A stretch of DNA of 64,000 bases from positions 1 to 64,000 of the forward strand of contig ADNK01000452.1 in assembly GCA_000320545.1 (NCBI GenBank), written 5' to 3'. Positions 1-13,484 of the stretch are shown here, piece by piece (the stretch's first letter is position 1; each line of letters opens with the position of its first letter). This DNA is from Bigelowiella natans CCMP2755 (taxonomy: Eukaryota; Protista; Cercozoa). Under the pieces are notes generated by a model. It was not told the origin of the DNA, ran no database searches, and saw only the letters and a program-made list of their open reading frames with translations. Both the position numbers and the translations under genes were made by a program.

Positions 1-99
1 AATCGAGGCGAAGGAAGGGAAAACCATCATTTCGATAACTGCTTACATTAGGAATTCACGCATGAGAGCGCAATTCCAATTACGTCCAACCTCCCCTCC

Positions 100-148
<49 letters not shown>

Positions 149-885
149 CACTGTTGTCATCACCATCATCATTGCCATGGCCATATCATCATCAGCATTG
201 TTATCGTTACTATCAGGATCATATCAATCCATCAACGTACGTTGAAGACTTGCGTTTTCCCTCCGATGTTGGACACCACCTGATAATATGCACAGAAAAC
301 CGTTGCATTAGGAGAGTGCAGCCTTGGTGCCTTTTCGTATGCTATGGAACACTACTCCTAAGGTCAACAAGCCAGCTGCTTTACCCCCCCCCTCAAAATT
401 GCTAGATGCAGCATAAGACAGCTCTTACTTGAAAGCGTTAATTAAACGATGATGTGTGTTTACATTCATATTTTCTGTATGTGAAGATGGACAATTACCG
501 CAGATCGAGACAAGGAGCCACAAGAAGGATAGCACAGCCAAAAGCCTTTATCATCACCAACACCACCATCATCGCTAGCATTATCATCATCATCATCATC
601 ATGATCCTGGACGACAACTCAAACTGATTCCATCATTGCCGAATAATTCGACAACAGTGTCACCACTCTCCGCTTCTCTTCCCCTTATCCTCATTATCTT
701 CCTTCATTTATCTGCTCTTTCCCCTCCCCCCCCCTCCCCCCCCTCCCCTTCCGCTCTCATTCTACTTACTTCCCAGGATATTAGCGAAGCCCATCGCATA
801 AAGCTCTTGGTTCTCATAGGTGTCGTAGCTAGAGTCGAGTTGAGCGTGGGAATACAACAAATCAGACATTCACAAAAGAGAGAGG

Positions 886-925
<40 letters not shown>

Positions 926-1386
926 GCGGGGTCAAGACTGGAGTATAGCAAAGCTTTGGAGAATGATTTCTCGGAGGATAAACGGCCTTCCGTTAAGGAA
1001 ATGCTGATTGGTCCTCGTCCGCATCATCATCATCATCATCATCGTCATCATTGTTATTGTCATCGTCGTCGCCATCATCTTCACATCTCACTTGTGCTTC
1101 ATAGCAAATGTCTTCACGATCGACGCGCAAATCACGAATAGGACCACCTGCCATGCGAGAGAGAGGGGGCAGCAGCAGCAGCAACAAACAACAACAATAA
1201 CAACACATCAACCATAACACTTTCTTGTAGTGACAATTAAGTCTAAGTCTAATCATTTGGTAATTAATTACTGTGATGGTGATACACGGCACAAGAAGAC
1301 TTGACGCGAGGGATAGATCGGGGAGGCTCGGGGGGGGAAGGCCAGCTGGAATACTGCCGACTACACACACATACACACACACACAC

Positions 1387-1425
<39 letters not shown>

Positions 1426-1617
1426 CTCATACACCATGACATGTAGGGACAACAACAAGATGTAGCAGTATCGATGATGGGTCCGTGGTGTTGCGATGTC
1501 ACTGATGCACAACGTCATAAATGCATTGGTGGAAGGAGGGGGCAGGGAGGGGGAGAGCAAGCTCACCGATCGGAAGTCCGAATCTATTCTCCAGATCGGC
1601 TGTTTGATGTACACATC

Positions 1618-1653
<36 letters not shown>

Positions 1654-3139
1654 TATTTATTATGATTCCGCGCGTCTTTCTGCATGCATATTGGATTTTA
1701 AACGTGGTACAGCCAACTGCCAACCAACCTACGCCTGAGATGATGGTAGAAAGCACCACAACGATGAGCTCGATTGGGATTGGAACGGCCAAGTTTCGGC
1801 GCTACAGGATGCAAGAAGAAGAAGAAGAAGAAGAAGAAGAAGAAGAGTCAGGAGGCCTATCAGAAGCATGAGATGTCTCTCCTTCACATAATTTGGATGC
1901 TGGTATAAAGGCTGCCGATATTTGATGTACAATATTCCCCCCCCCCCCCCCCCCCCCCGTTTCCTACATCTACCCCCCTCCCTCTCTCTCTCTCTCTTTT
2001 TCTCTCTCTCAATGACATTTGTTTTCTAAGGCATAGAAATGCGTGGAGATGATGACCCTGGGAGTAGGTCTTTGCAGCCCCCAGGAGCTTCATGGATATC
2101 ACGCTAAGATTTGCATGGAAAAGAGGGAGGGAGGGAGGGTGGGGGGGGGGGGGGGGGCAAGAGAGGAAAGCTTCGTTCATTTGAGACTAATGTCTATGGA
2201 AATATGTCAAAAATGAAGATGCTATGATTTGCTAGAATTCCAACGGTAGATAGAACACCTGTCTATTTTATCACAAGATAAGAACGCTTGCACGATTTCG
2301 ATCACCACTTTTTGGGAAGGCTGCCATGTTTTTATTAATATTACTACTACCATTACTATTATTATTATCACTATCATTATCATTCTAGAGAGTGCGCGAA
2401 TAAAAGGATTGCACGAAGAAGCACGCGCTCTTCTTTTGCTGGCGGCAGCATATCCATCGATATCCATCGATATCTGCCTGTTGTTTACCTCGTGACGACG
2501 GCTGCTACGTTCGTCTTGTGGATGTTACTGCACACCAAAGCTATTGTCTCTATGAAGGTGCCTCTCTTGACCTGCAGTCCTATAAATATTTCACCATGAT
2601 AATGATGATGGTGATGATGATGGTAGTGGTGGTTATGACGATGATTTTTTATTTTGCATCCTGGGATATATTGCCCTCAATAAATCGATTTCTGTAGGCT
2701 TTTTGTGTGCCTCTCCGAATGCGAACTAGCGAGAAAGACTACAATGTCCAGAGAGGAGGAGGAGGAGGAGGAGGAGGAGGAGGAGGAGGCGTGTCAACAA
2801 TACCAAAGATATGCTTCAGTTGGCTTGAGCATATGAGAAGAGAGGCGCTCACGGTGAAACCTAGGTGGTAACAGTCACACACACACACACACACACACAC
2901 ACAAATAGTAAATAGTTAAAAACCCAGAAAAAGGAACTCGCAGTACAACTGCCGTGTGCATTATGTTATTCTGAAAGATGTAGTAGTAGGCAGCTCTACA
3001 GCACCCTCCAGCACGGGATCCGATAGGAAAGTCACCTAAAATGCATCATCATAATATTTCAATGCCTCCCCATCGTCGTAATCATCACCACCATCACTAT
3101 TCTCCTCCTCCTCCTCCTCCTTATCCTCATCGTTGCCAG

Positions 3140-3173
<34 letters not shown>

Positions 3174-3253
3174 GCAACTATTACAATGAATCCGAGACGC
3201 GCAATAGCCATTACGACCTTTTTGCAATTTAGTTGGTGAGTTATGTCCGCGTG

Positions 3254-3291
<38 letters not shown>

Positions 3292-3294
3292 AAC

Positions 3295-3336
<42 letters not shown>

Positions 3337-4580
3337 GGGGGATGGAAAGAAACGCGCAACACATGCAATGTCGAGATTTAAGGAAGATTAAGATCATCAA
3401 CATGGTAGGTAGGATGGGTGTGTTAGCAATAGCTGCTACAACTTTCTATTATATCTAAATAATAACAGCAGAAACCAGCATTATCCCGATGATGGCGGAC
3501 ATCGCTATGGCAGCTGCTACGGCCTCATCCTCGTCCTCCCTAATGAGACCATGCGTACATACGCATGCACGCACACACTCAATCACAAACTCGGCTGTAA
3601 AAGTCTAGTGCAAGAACTAAATAAGAGCCCCGCTGAGTCAGTGATGACGACGTCATTAAATCATGATAATAATAATAATAATAATGAATATTAACAGAAA
3701 CCATCAAAACCACCATCATCATTATTACCCAAATCCCATTTCCTCTATGGAATCGCCAACCATCAGCGAGACGAGCGCGAAAGGACCGATATGCATCTGC
3801 AGTACGTAGTGACACACAATCACGGCAAAGAACACCCCCCCCCCCCCCCCCCCCCCCCTCCATCGTGCTGTACGTGTGTGAAGGGAGGCATATTCGACGA
3901 CAGCGGCACGTATCAGCAAGGCAACGGCGCTATTGATGTGGCGTTGTTGGATCATAGTAGCGATGAGGCTGTACCCCTGCTCGTCTCTCCTCCAATATGA
4001 GTTATCTCATCTTAACATCATCATCATCATCATCATCATCATCGTTTTTCCAGCTGCTGCTGCTGCTGCTGCTGCTGCTGCCTGCATAAGTAGTACGTGT
4101 CTTGACGTGCCGAGAAGTGTGTAGACCAACGAAGGGGTGAGGGACGAATACAACCCGTACTGGACCGGGATCCCTGGGGATGATTAAAGAAAGCAAAGAT
4201 ACACCATCTGTTCTTCGCTTGCACACACACACACACACACATATATACGTCCGTGTACGTTCAAGGATACATGCAAACACTGAACCCTTTAAATGTATCG
4301 TAGAACATATAGCTATTTGTAGGATAATGATGATGATGATGTCGTTGTTGTTGTTGTTGTTGTGTCTCGCATTGGTTGACCTGCTAGCAGCGCGTATGCC
4401 ATGCCCTGAATATGCAAGTAAAAAGAATCTTGTCGTTGCAATTACACGTCTCCACACACACGTCTCCACACACACACACACACTCACTCACTTACTCACT
4501 CATACACATTTGTATTCCCCCCCCCCCCCCCCCTCTCTCCTTTACCCTCTGATCCATTCACTCAGTAGCATGTATGGAGA

Positions 4581-4618
<38 letters not shown>

Positions 4619-5101
4619 TGCTACTGTGAGACCTGTGGGATAACAAACACCCCTATCGTGATCCCAGCGACCAAGTCAGCTGAACATGCAAGACATCAGA
4701 CGATTCACAAGGTGAGGGAAGGGCGAGGGGCGAGCGAGGGAGAGGGGGAGGGGGAGGGCTGAGCTCCTTACACTTCATGATGCCCACACTGTAGGTTCGT
4801 AATCGTTCTGCAAACATATATAAATGAATGGACGATGGTAGGTGCTGGAAATAGATTCCTCAAATCCAACGCCATTGTGTTACTACAACTACTACTACTT
4901 GCTACGTGCGAGGATTACGAAACGCAGCGCTTACTATTACTACCGAGGATCGGAAACGACTGCACCAGCAGCTGCAAGGGCGATGTGGAGCTGATAAGAA
5001 TGGATACAGGGAATGATGATAATGATGACGAATGTTGACGATGATGATGATATCCGTTGGGGAATCAACATATGTTTGTACGTGTAAGCGGAGGAACTAG
5101 A

Positions 5102-5157
<56 letters not shown>

Positions 5158-5495
5158 GAAGCCTGGTGTGATCACCAAGTACACAGTGAAGGGAAGACAG
5201 AATTTGCGCTCGGAACTTCCTCTTCAAACTCTTGAAGGAGGTTCAACTCGGTCCGTAGTCGCAACCTGGAGAGGGGATAGGAACGGATGTGCGGGGAGGG
5301 GGAGAGGGGAAAGTAGGAGCACATGTTCCCTGGTGAAACTGAAACTTCATGCGCATGCGGATATTATATCTTCAAACCCTCGATTGTGGGCAGGCATGTA
5401 TATGTGCACGCATATATGTCTTCATTTGGGTATGTATCCTGATTAACCAATTGCGTTTCTTAGTTTCTTCTTCTTCTTCTTCTTCTTCTTCTTCT

Positions 5496-5534
<39 letters not shown>

Positions 5535-5956
5535 GCTAAATGGTAATAACATTAGACGCACATTTCTGGTGGAAAGAGTGGCTCGCGATCTCCAGAGCCG
5601 TCACGAGGAGAGCCCCGAGTTTTCTGGTCCTTCACGTCTTTCTTCGCCCCTGGTGGAGCATGCGCCAACGACCTGCAGAATTGCAATTATTCCTCAGCAA
5701 CGTACACAATCATTCAGTCACTGGGAGGCCGGCATGTATGTTCGTGAGTGGCAACTGTGCTTTTCGGAAACATTCGACCCAATCCGATGCATGCACAGTT
5801 TTGCGCATATGGCAAGCGAGCGAGCACCGACCCCATCCTTGGTGTTGACGCAGAAGATTTGAACCCAGTGGTGCTCGCCGTTTGCCTTGGCCTGAGCTCG
5901 CTGCGGTTCATGTTCGCGAGCTCGACATCCCCGCCTTCCCTCGCCGCCTCCGCCAT
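1..5956 (-). CDS. SLC26: SLC26/SulP sulfate-anion transporter, many short exons, 3' end (incl. expected STAS domain) outside window
   Basis: Spliced minus-strand exons give FPILERLRTYSVGIMKSDLVAGITIGVFVIPQ-GMAYALLAGIPVQYGLYSSLTPSLVYTLLGTSRH-MHIGPFALVSLMV (~3750-4990), PIPIELIVVVLSTIIS (~1730-1800), VGSIPAGLPPPSLPDLS (~1290-1360) and YDTYENQELYAMGFANILGS-FWLCYPSCGSLSRSA-VVSNIGGKTQ (~240-830). These are SLC26 signature motifs. ATG at 5956; GT-AG junctions keep frame where checked. Confidence 0.93.
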
Positions 5957-6257
5957 TCTGTTGATATGCGCTCTATATTTCCGAAGGAAGATTTCATCTT
6001 AAGTCGTCCCATCGAAATCACATCGTTTTTTCATTGATATCCAATTAAGTAAGTTCTCGATGCCATTTTTACCCTGCGACAACTCAATTTACCCCGAACA
6101 CTTCTCTTCCAAATCTCGAGAAATGGCCCAACCACCGACCGAATCGATGCATCAATTCCGATGAAGCGGGGCGGAGCAGTTACCCTCTTGGATGAGCTTC
6201 TCAGATCCATAACCGTCGAGCGGGGGGAGGTATTTGGTTGAGACACGAAGTGGACGA
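5957..6257. promoter_or_regulatory. probable bidirectional promoter (SLC26 / F-box-JmjC)
   Basis: Divergent ATGs ~300 bp apart; region free of microsatellites. Confidence 0.55.
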
Positions 6258-7572
6258 ATGGCTGCCCAACAAGGAAGCGGCGCTACTCTAGCAATATCAT
6301 CCAAATTGCAGAAGTCGCTGTCATCGTCGTCGGACGTATCGTTGGAGGCGGTGCTCAGCGCGCTACACAGCTATTACAACCGCCACAACAGCAAAGTTGC
6401 TGACAGTGATGAGGCTGTCGCCCGGACTCTACGCGAAGTGCTTCATCCTCTCCTCCAGAGGACGAGCCGCATCGCGCCTGAGTCCGAGCGGGAAAGATCC
6501 CACAAACAGAAGGTGCTAGGGTTGATTACCAGGGAAATAGCCAGGTATTGATTAGAGCTACTGTAACAAATACTCGATGGGAGACGATGTGCAATGTGCC
6601 GTGGTGTTTTCGCAAATTTTCATCTCGTGCTATCTAGCTATGCGTATTCACCTTCGTTATTCTCATTGACAGCCTCGAGGCTTTCCTCCTCTCATCGGGA
6701 GGAGGAAGTGTACAACGAGCCGCCACCGCTTGCAATGGCTTATCATCATTATCATCGTCGTCGTCGTCCTCCTCCTCTTCATCATCACTCAATCAAGTAA
6801 ATCGAGTTTATGGAACAAGAGAGATGGAAAGCGATGACATCAGCATCCATGCCGACAAAAAAAGGGTGCCGGCAAACCACAGGAAAAGGAGGAGGGGGCG
6901 GCGTTCTATGGAAACTAATAGTGACAGCAGCAGCAGCAGTAGTAGGCCTCGAAAATTTGAGAGAAAATCGTGGAGTATCAATGGATCGTTATCAAATCTC
7001 GTTGCTCTCTGGGGTATTGCGATGCACGGAGAGGGTGGGAGAGGAGGAGGCGGTGGGGGAGGAGTAGGAGCCCCTTGGTTCGCTCTGGAGATGCTCTTTC
7101 TTCTGCGTGCTAGAGACTTTGCTATGATGGCATCGACATGTAAGGCGATGAGAAATTACATTGACGATGGTCTCTTCTGGTACACATCCATCCACCACCT
7201 TCAATTCGTGTGATGATAAGATAGGAGAGAGAATGCGGTGTCAGAGTAACGGTAGGTGGTAGTGGTTGTGGTAGTAGTAGTAGTGATAGTAGAAGTAGTA
7301 GTGGTTTAGTAATAATGATAGCTGCAAATAAATGCATTATTACTGAAGCATACCTGGGAAAGCACATGTACCCTCTGGTATATTGACTCGCACGCGCGCA
7401 CACAAGTAGATCATCACACTCGTTGCAGGAGGACATTCGTTCTGAGAAAGGTTGCAGTTACGAGGGCAAGGTACCAACGAATGGATGCTGCAAGCACTTG
7501 ACGTACTACAAACATCAGTGTAAACACTTGTGTGTGTGTGCGTATACTTAGGGGAGAGGAGGAAAAGATGAT

Positions 7573-7617
<45 letters not shown>

Positions 7618-7973
7618 TTTTCGAGTAAAGTCAGAAATATAGAAGAATGAAATGAACGATACGATGAATACATATTATTTAATTACTTTGTTAAAAAAAA
7701 ACCAGGCATCGAAGTGAGCAGTGTCTACGGAAGAAAGGAGAAAATCGATATTCGCAGTAATGGCAGCTAGAATTACATTCATGCTCTGAATCTGTATGAT
7801 GCACTTTAACATGGAGATCACACGAGCGCACACACTCACACGTATACACAAACGTATTACAATGATACTCGTCGTATTATTAATTATTTGCCGATTAAAT
7901 GAAGGTGCGGTTGCACGGATACGCAAATCATCTTCCAAGGTTCGCATGAGTCACCAGCATGCTTGCGTTAGTG

Positions 7974-8035
<62 letters not shown>

Positions 8036-9188
8036 CCAAGCATGCAGAACGCACACGAAATCTGTAACAATATTAGAACGAACATCTCCTCGCCGTTTGG
8101 CTGCTTGATTAGGAACCTGGAAGCTCACTGCTAAAGACATCGAATTGAAGACAAATAGAGCTGGTGGTGGTAATGAGGGTGGTGGCAGTAGTAGTAGTAG
8201 TAGTAGCAGCAGCAGTATCACTCGAAGGAGAATCGCCAAGGTGAAGGATGATAATGGCAACAAGCACCGAGAGAAGAGCGGCCATCGAATCATTACTGGA
8301 GGCGGCGATGATGATGAGACTTTCCGTAGCACCGAAGAAGCGTCGGTAGGAGCAGCAGCAGCAGCAGCAGCACCCCCTCCCCAAGTAACACAAACGTCCT
8401 CAGTCTGCTCGGAGATGGACGAGGTGAAGAGACGGGCGTCCGATCTGCTGCTGAAGCTATCGGCGATTGCAGGTTATGTGTGTTTTCTTTTGGTGATGAG
8501 GAGGAGGAGGAGGTTAACACGGTAGATAGATGCTGAACAAACGAATTGCCCTCACGAGTAGTCTGTTGGCATAGGAACGGCTAGCGTGTGCCTGAAGTGG
8601 GGGGGGCGGGATGTCGTCGTGAGGCAAGTTGCCCGTGAGGAAGAGGCAGATCTCACGCCGGAGAGGTTTGAGAAGGAATACGATGTCCCTAAGGTAGCAA
8701 GTGCTCTAACCCCCCCTCCTCCTTCTCCTCCTCCTCCTCCTCCTCCTCCTCCTCCTCCTTCTCATCGCCATTGTTGACGATTTTCTCTTGATTGTCAGGT
8801 CCCTGTTATAGTGCAAAGAGCAACACGGTCATGGAGAGCAGCTGTTGCGTGGAGGAATACACGCGAGCTGGAGATGAGGTGTGATGATGATGATGATGAT
8901 GACGATGATGATGAGTGAGAAGGAGGAGGAGGAGGAAGAGAAGGAGGACAAAGGGGAAAACAGCTTGATTGGCAATAGAAATGGCCATCTTTCTGCTCCT
9001 ATGATGCCATGACCATAGTAGCAGTGAGACGACTAAGATGTTGCTTGTTAAACGGCAACAATACTAAACTTCCGCCCCCCTCCCTACGTCTATGAATTAT
9101 TAGGCTAAGATGGGCGCGGGTAGGAGGTAGCAACAGCGGATAAATGAAGAACATAAATATGAGCTATAACCTATTCGTAGTAGCAATG

Positions 9189-9219
<31 letters not shown>

Positions 9220-9462
9220 CCAGTCCACATTCTGTTCTATAGTGCCCAGCTGCTGGCGCATATCGCAAAGCTCCTTTCCCTCATCATTCCCCCCGTCCTC
9301 CTCGTGACAGGTAGCACACTGGGGGGCCCCGTTCTATTCCCGATGTTGACAAAGCACTTCCTCGAGGCGTATTGCCCGAAGTAATAAAGAAGGGCTGGTG
9401 GTGGTGGTAGTAGCCTCCATGCATGACTGTGCGCACGCGATGTGAGTGTATGAGAGAGAAAT

Positions 9463-9510
<48 letters not shown>

Positions 9511-10664
9511 ATGTGTGCGTATGTGTTTGCTAATACATGCATCCTTATTCCTTCATTCACGCATCTTCAAGGCAGCAGGATGCGACCCCTCTCTACCTCT
9601 TCGAGGAAATCCCACCCGGGGTAGAAGTGAAAACAACGATCAATGACATGATATTGATGATGAGGAGGACGAGGAGGAGGACAGTAGTGCCAGTCAGTGT
9701 GGCAGCTATAGTTGCTGCTGCTGCGGCTGATGATGATGATGATGATGATGATGATAGTTCTACTAAGTATCTACTAAGTAGAGCATGATGATCGTAAATA
9801 TCATGTCACTTCAACAACTCTCTCCAATTTTAAAGGAGAATCAATGTACGTCTTCCCTTTCTCTTCATTGCTCACAACCACAGTCAGAACTCGCTGGCGA
9901 CTATAGCGTCCCTGCGTTTCTTCCCTACGATTATCTTGAGCTTCTAGGTGCTCTTGAGAATAACAATGATTGCATGTGTGAGAGGGGGGGGGGGTCACGG
10001 CAGTTAGGTAATCGGGAGTGGGTTATTCATGGTGGACTGTATGGCGACGATGATACTCGTGAAGATGGGGAAACGATTATAGTGGTGGAGAAGGCAAGAT
10101 CAACAGAGAGAAGGGAGAAGGATCACACTGGACGGGCACCGAAATCTATCGAATCCCGCTTCTGATTCTGCTTATTTTACCTTTTGTACCTGGCTGGCAG
10201 GACCTCCGCAACGTCGACATCGTCCTCCTCCGTCTTCCCCTCCATTACCTCGTCTTCATCAGCATCTTAGGCAGCAGCAGCAGCAGCATCAGCAGCAGCA
10301 TCAGCATCATGACCTCCAGCCAGTCTACCAGTGGCTCGTAATAGGGCCGACATGCTCTGGGGCCGGTCAGAAGTCGTCGTCGTCATCATCATCACCATCG
10401 TCGTGTATTGTCGCCTGAGAGAGAACTCCGACAATCAATTTAAGCGACGATCATTTGATATGATTATGATGGTGCTGCTGATGGTGGTGGTGGTGGTGGT
10501 GATGAATGATGCTAGAAAACTCTTCCTGTGCGTCCCACGAGTTGGAACAGTCTGAATGCGAAGGAACGATGCATTCGAGCTGATCTGTTGACCGGAATTA
10601 ACCTCGAACCGCTGCTCAGCTTTCTTCTCCTTATTCCCCGACCTCGCCATCCTACTGCTGCTGC

Positions 10665-10700
<36 letters not shown>

Positions 10701-12100
10701 CAGATTTCCACGTGGATCCAATCAACACCTCCGCCTGGAACGCGCTGCTCCAGGGTGAAAAGGTAGCTGTCGCCGGCAAAGCTCATCAAATCTCGTTATC
10801 TCGTTTAGAAAAGACCCTTTTTCCCGTCCTAACGACCTCCCCCCCCCCCCCTCCCCGGGTCCTCTTCCTTCTTCCCCCTCCCTCTATCATGGCCTTCCTT
10901 CATTAAAGCTTTGGATTCTCAGCCCCCCAAGCCCCCAGAGTCCTCCTGCTGCTCTTGGAAGCTGTACTCCATCCTGCTTGTTTTTTACCATAAGTATAGT
11001 GATTTTGTTGGCCTGAAATGCAATCTGTGCATAGCAGGGAGGACGACGACGATGACGACTATGGAATTCCTGAAGCACATAATGACCCGGTTTGCGTTTA
11101 ATTGTGTGGGCAGATGTGCACGAAAACACTCACACCTATGATTCTCTCAAAAAGTTGGCAATGGTCGTGGTCACATAGCGCCGCAGCCTCTTTCGCCATC
11201 TACATATATACTCTTCCACTCATCATTGAAGAAGTATTTGTTTGGGAGTATCAACCGCGATGCTGATGTCATATTTTCTTTGATGTGGTCCAGGGATGCT
11301 AGTAGCATCGATAACGGCAGCAGGGACAGCGGGAGGGAGGAAGAGGAGGGGGAGGGGGGGGACGGAGGAGAGGGAGAAAAAGAAGGACGGGAGATGGAAA
11401 TCTTCATCTTCATCCAGAAGAAAGGTGACTTAGCAAACTCAACCCCTCGGCTATTGTGGCAGCAGAGCAGCACAACACGCAACAACGTCCATAGTTTCTC
11501 CTTTTTACGTCTGGGCTGCTTTGCCGGTCCACCAATTTCCCCCCATCTACACGTAAAATAATGTCCAGAGGGACCACAGAGCGGGAAAGGGAGCAAGGGA
11601 GAGAATCTGTGCCTTTATTTTTTATCATGCAGCATTATCCTACCATCATCATCGTCATCATCGTCACATCATCGTCCACTGCTTTGACCCTCCTAGGTGA
11701 GGTTGTCTTTGTACCCCGTGGCTGGTGGCATGCCACCGTTAACATGACTTTCACTGTTGCCGTCACTGGAAACTTCGCTAGCGGTGCGTCGATCCGGGAA
11801 GGTAATAACAACTAGCCGTGTTGTTACATAGTCGACGCTACGGTGAACGTGCTATTGTTTGAGAAAGAACTTACTGAACATTTTTCTTTGGGCTTTCCCT
11901 GCGCGCGCAGGGGATATTTGCCTCCGTTTACCTGCTGTTGTCTTTGGAGATATAACTGAGACCGATACGCATTTGTCTTAGGTACTATTGAGATGTTGAG
12001 CAACACCGCTCCGGTGGTGGCCGCAGCTCTCCATGAAGAAATTAGGCAACTGACTGGAAGAAAATCATCGCAGCAGTTATGCAATGTCTCAGCTAGTTAG
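6258..12100 (+). CDS. F-box + JmjC domain 2OG/Fe(II) oxygenase (JMJD6/plant JMJ22-like), multi-exon
   Basis: F-box-like LEMLFLLRARDFAMMASTCKAMRNYIDDGLFW (~7080-7200). JmjC pieces: LTPERFEKEYDVPK-VPVIVQRATRSW (~8660-8870), QDATPLYLFE (~9575), DYSVPAFLPYDYL (~9900), FHVDPINTSAWNALLQGEK (10704-10760), GEVVFVPRGWWHATVNMTFTVAVTGNF (~11700-11780). Fe ligands HxD...H intact. Stop TAG inferred at 12098-12100. Confidence 0.88.
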
Positions 12101-12470
12101 ATGCAAGTAGACAATGGAGGATGGCTAGATGAATCTCACTTGTTAGCTTAATTGCAACTGCATTCCTTTCATTCAGTACGTGTAGTACTAGAGTACCCCT
12201 AGTCGATCCTCCTAGCTAGTACAGTACACTAGACTATTGTAGTAGATAGCTAGATGGTCAAGATCGCACCGCCATGCACTACTAGACTAGTGCATGCGAC
12301 AATGATGTAGCTAGACATAACTTTTCCTTTGACACATCTAGACATGCATCATGTGTAGTGTTCATGAAGCGCTGCACTTTTGCTTTTTCTCGATCTGCAC
12401 ATGGTGCGCGTGGCACAATAGACAAAGTAATATCATATATACTATATACAGCTACATCAGGATGACCATT
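12090..12470. other. CTAG/CATG/TGCA-rich low-complexity block 3' of JmjC gene
   Basis: Dense gctag, ctagctag, tgcatg, actag motifs. Confidence 0.6.
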
Positions 12471-13051
12471 GAAAAAATTTAATTCTTCATTACATCCGTC
12501 TCATATACATGTGGTATTACGTGTCTATATGGCGGGTATTTTTTAGGCACTACGTACACACACTGGGAACATGATTGAGGATGTGATGACATAGCACATG
12601 CACCACATCTGACACATAGCAACATGATGTAATGTGCAATACTCAAATGAGAAATGAATAGCGTCCATCATTAGTGCTTGCGCATCTAGATCTACGGCAC
12701 GACATGCCGACAAATTAATGTAGAAATACGTTACGTTTGGTACATTCTTAAACACATCCTGCTATTACTAGAGCATATCGGCAAAATTTTATCACTGCGT
12801 CCATCGCACCCATTCAACTGCATATCTTCATAAGTTTAAAAAAACGTGATATAATAATGCACGGAGTATGTATCTACGCATGGAGGCATTATTGTGATAT
12901 AATTGGTCTGAAAAATAGGCAAAAAATTATATGGACGTTCGCCCCCTCTATATTTTACTGGATTCACGCGGCCTGCAATAATTTCCCCCCAGAAATATGT
13001 GGCCCACGCTCGTATTCTCATTCAATTATTGCTATATATGTATATCTTCCA

Positions 13052-13372
13052 AATGCTGCAACCGTCGTCGAGCGCTTCCGTGCAGGGCGGACCGACCGAC
13101 CCGGTTCAAGTAATTGAAAAGTTGACTATAGTACGGTATTAGTAGTAGTGGTAGTTGTAGTAGGGAGTTCTGATATGATACCAGATATGTGCTATGCATC
13201 AGATTGTTATGGGGTTTCCCACACCATGGACATGCGTTACCATCGACGACCTGCTTCTTGTCCGTCGTCGTCCGGATGCTATGCTTGCTTGGTGTGGTGG
13301 TTGTTGCAGGGAAGAGATGCGGAGAAGAATATTGCTGTTGCTGTTGTTGTTGTTGTTGTTTTCTCGGATTTA
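13052..13372 (+). CDS. possible small spliced orphan gene (~70 aa)
   Basis: ATG then GT-AG sites giving MLQPSSSASVQGGPTDPVQ|IVMGFPTPWTCVTIDDLLLVRRRPDAMLAW|EEMRRRILLLL...; no homology recognised and frame/3' end uncertain. Confidence 0.3.
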
Positions 13373-13484
13373 AATGGAAAAACGGAACCGATGGTATCTT
13401 TCTGCTGATCATCGATCTCTGCCCGCCTCCAGGTGAATATTGGAACGGCTAGTAGACTCGGCTAGTAGACTCTAAGAACTAAAT

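Noticed and set aside
271-375. Possible GC-AG intron and exon AGLLTLGVVFHSIRK in SLC26
   Set aside because: Correct frame gives CYPSCGSLSRSA|VVSNIGGKTQ directly, so this segment is intronic.
190-1010. Plus-strand exons with apparent non-canonical GA donors (DHINPSTY..., DISEAHRIK...)
   Set aside because: The same segments are canonical minus-strand SLC26 exons or introns; no need for unusual splicing.
13095-13115. tRNA T-loop-like GGTTCAAGT (also TTCGA motifs ~15721)
   Set aside because: No cloverleaf or D-arm context.
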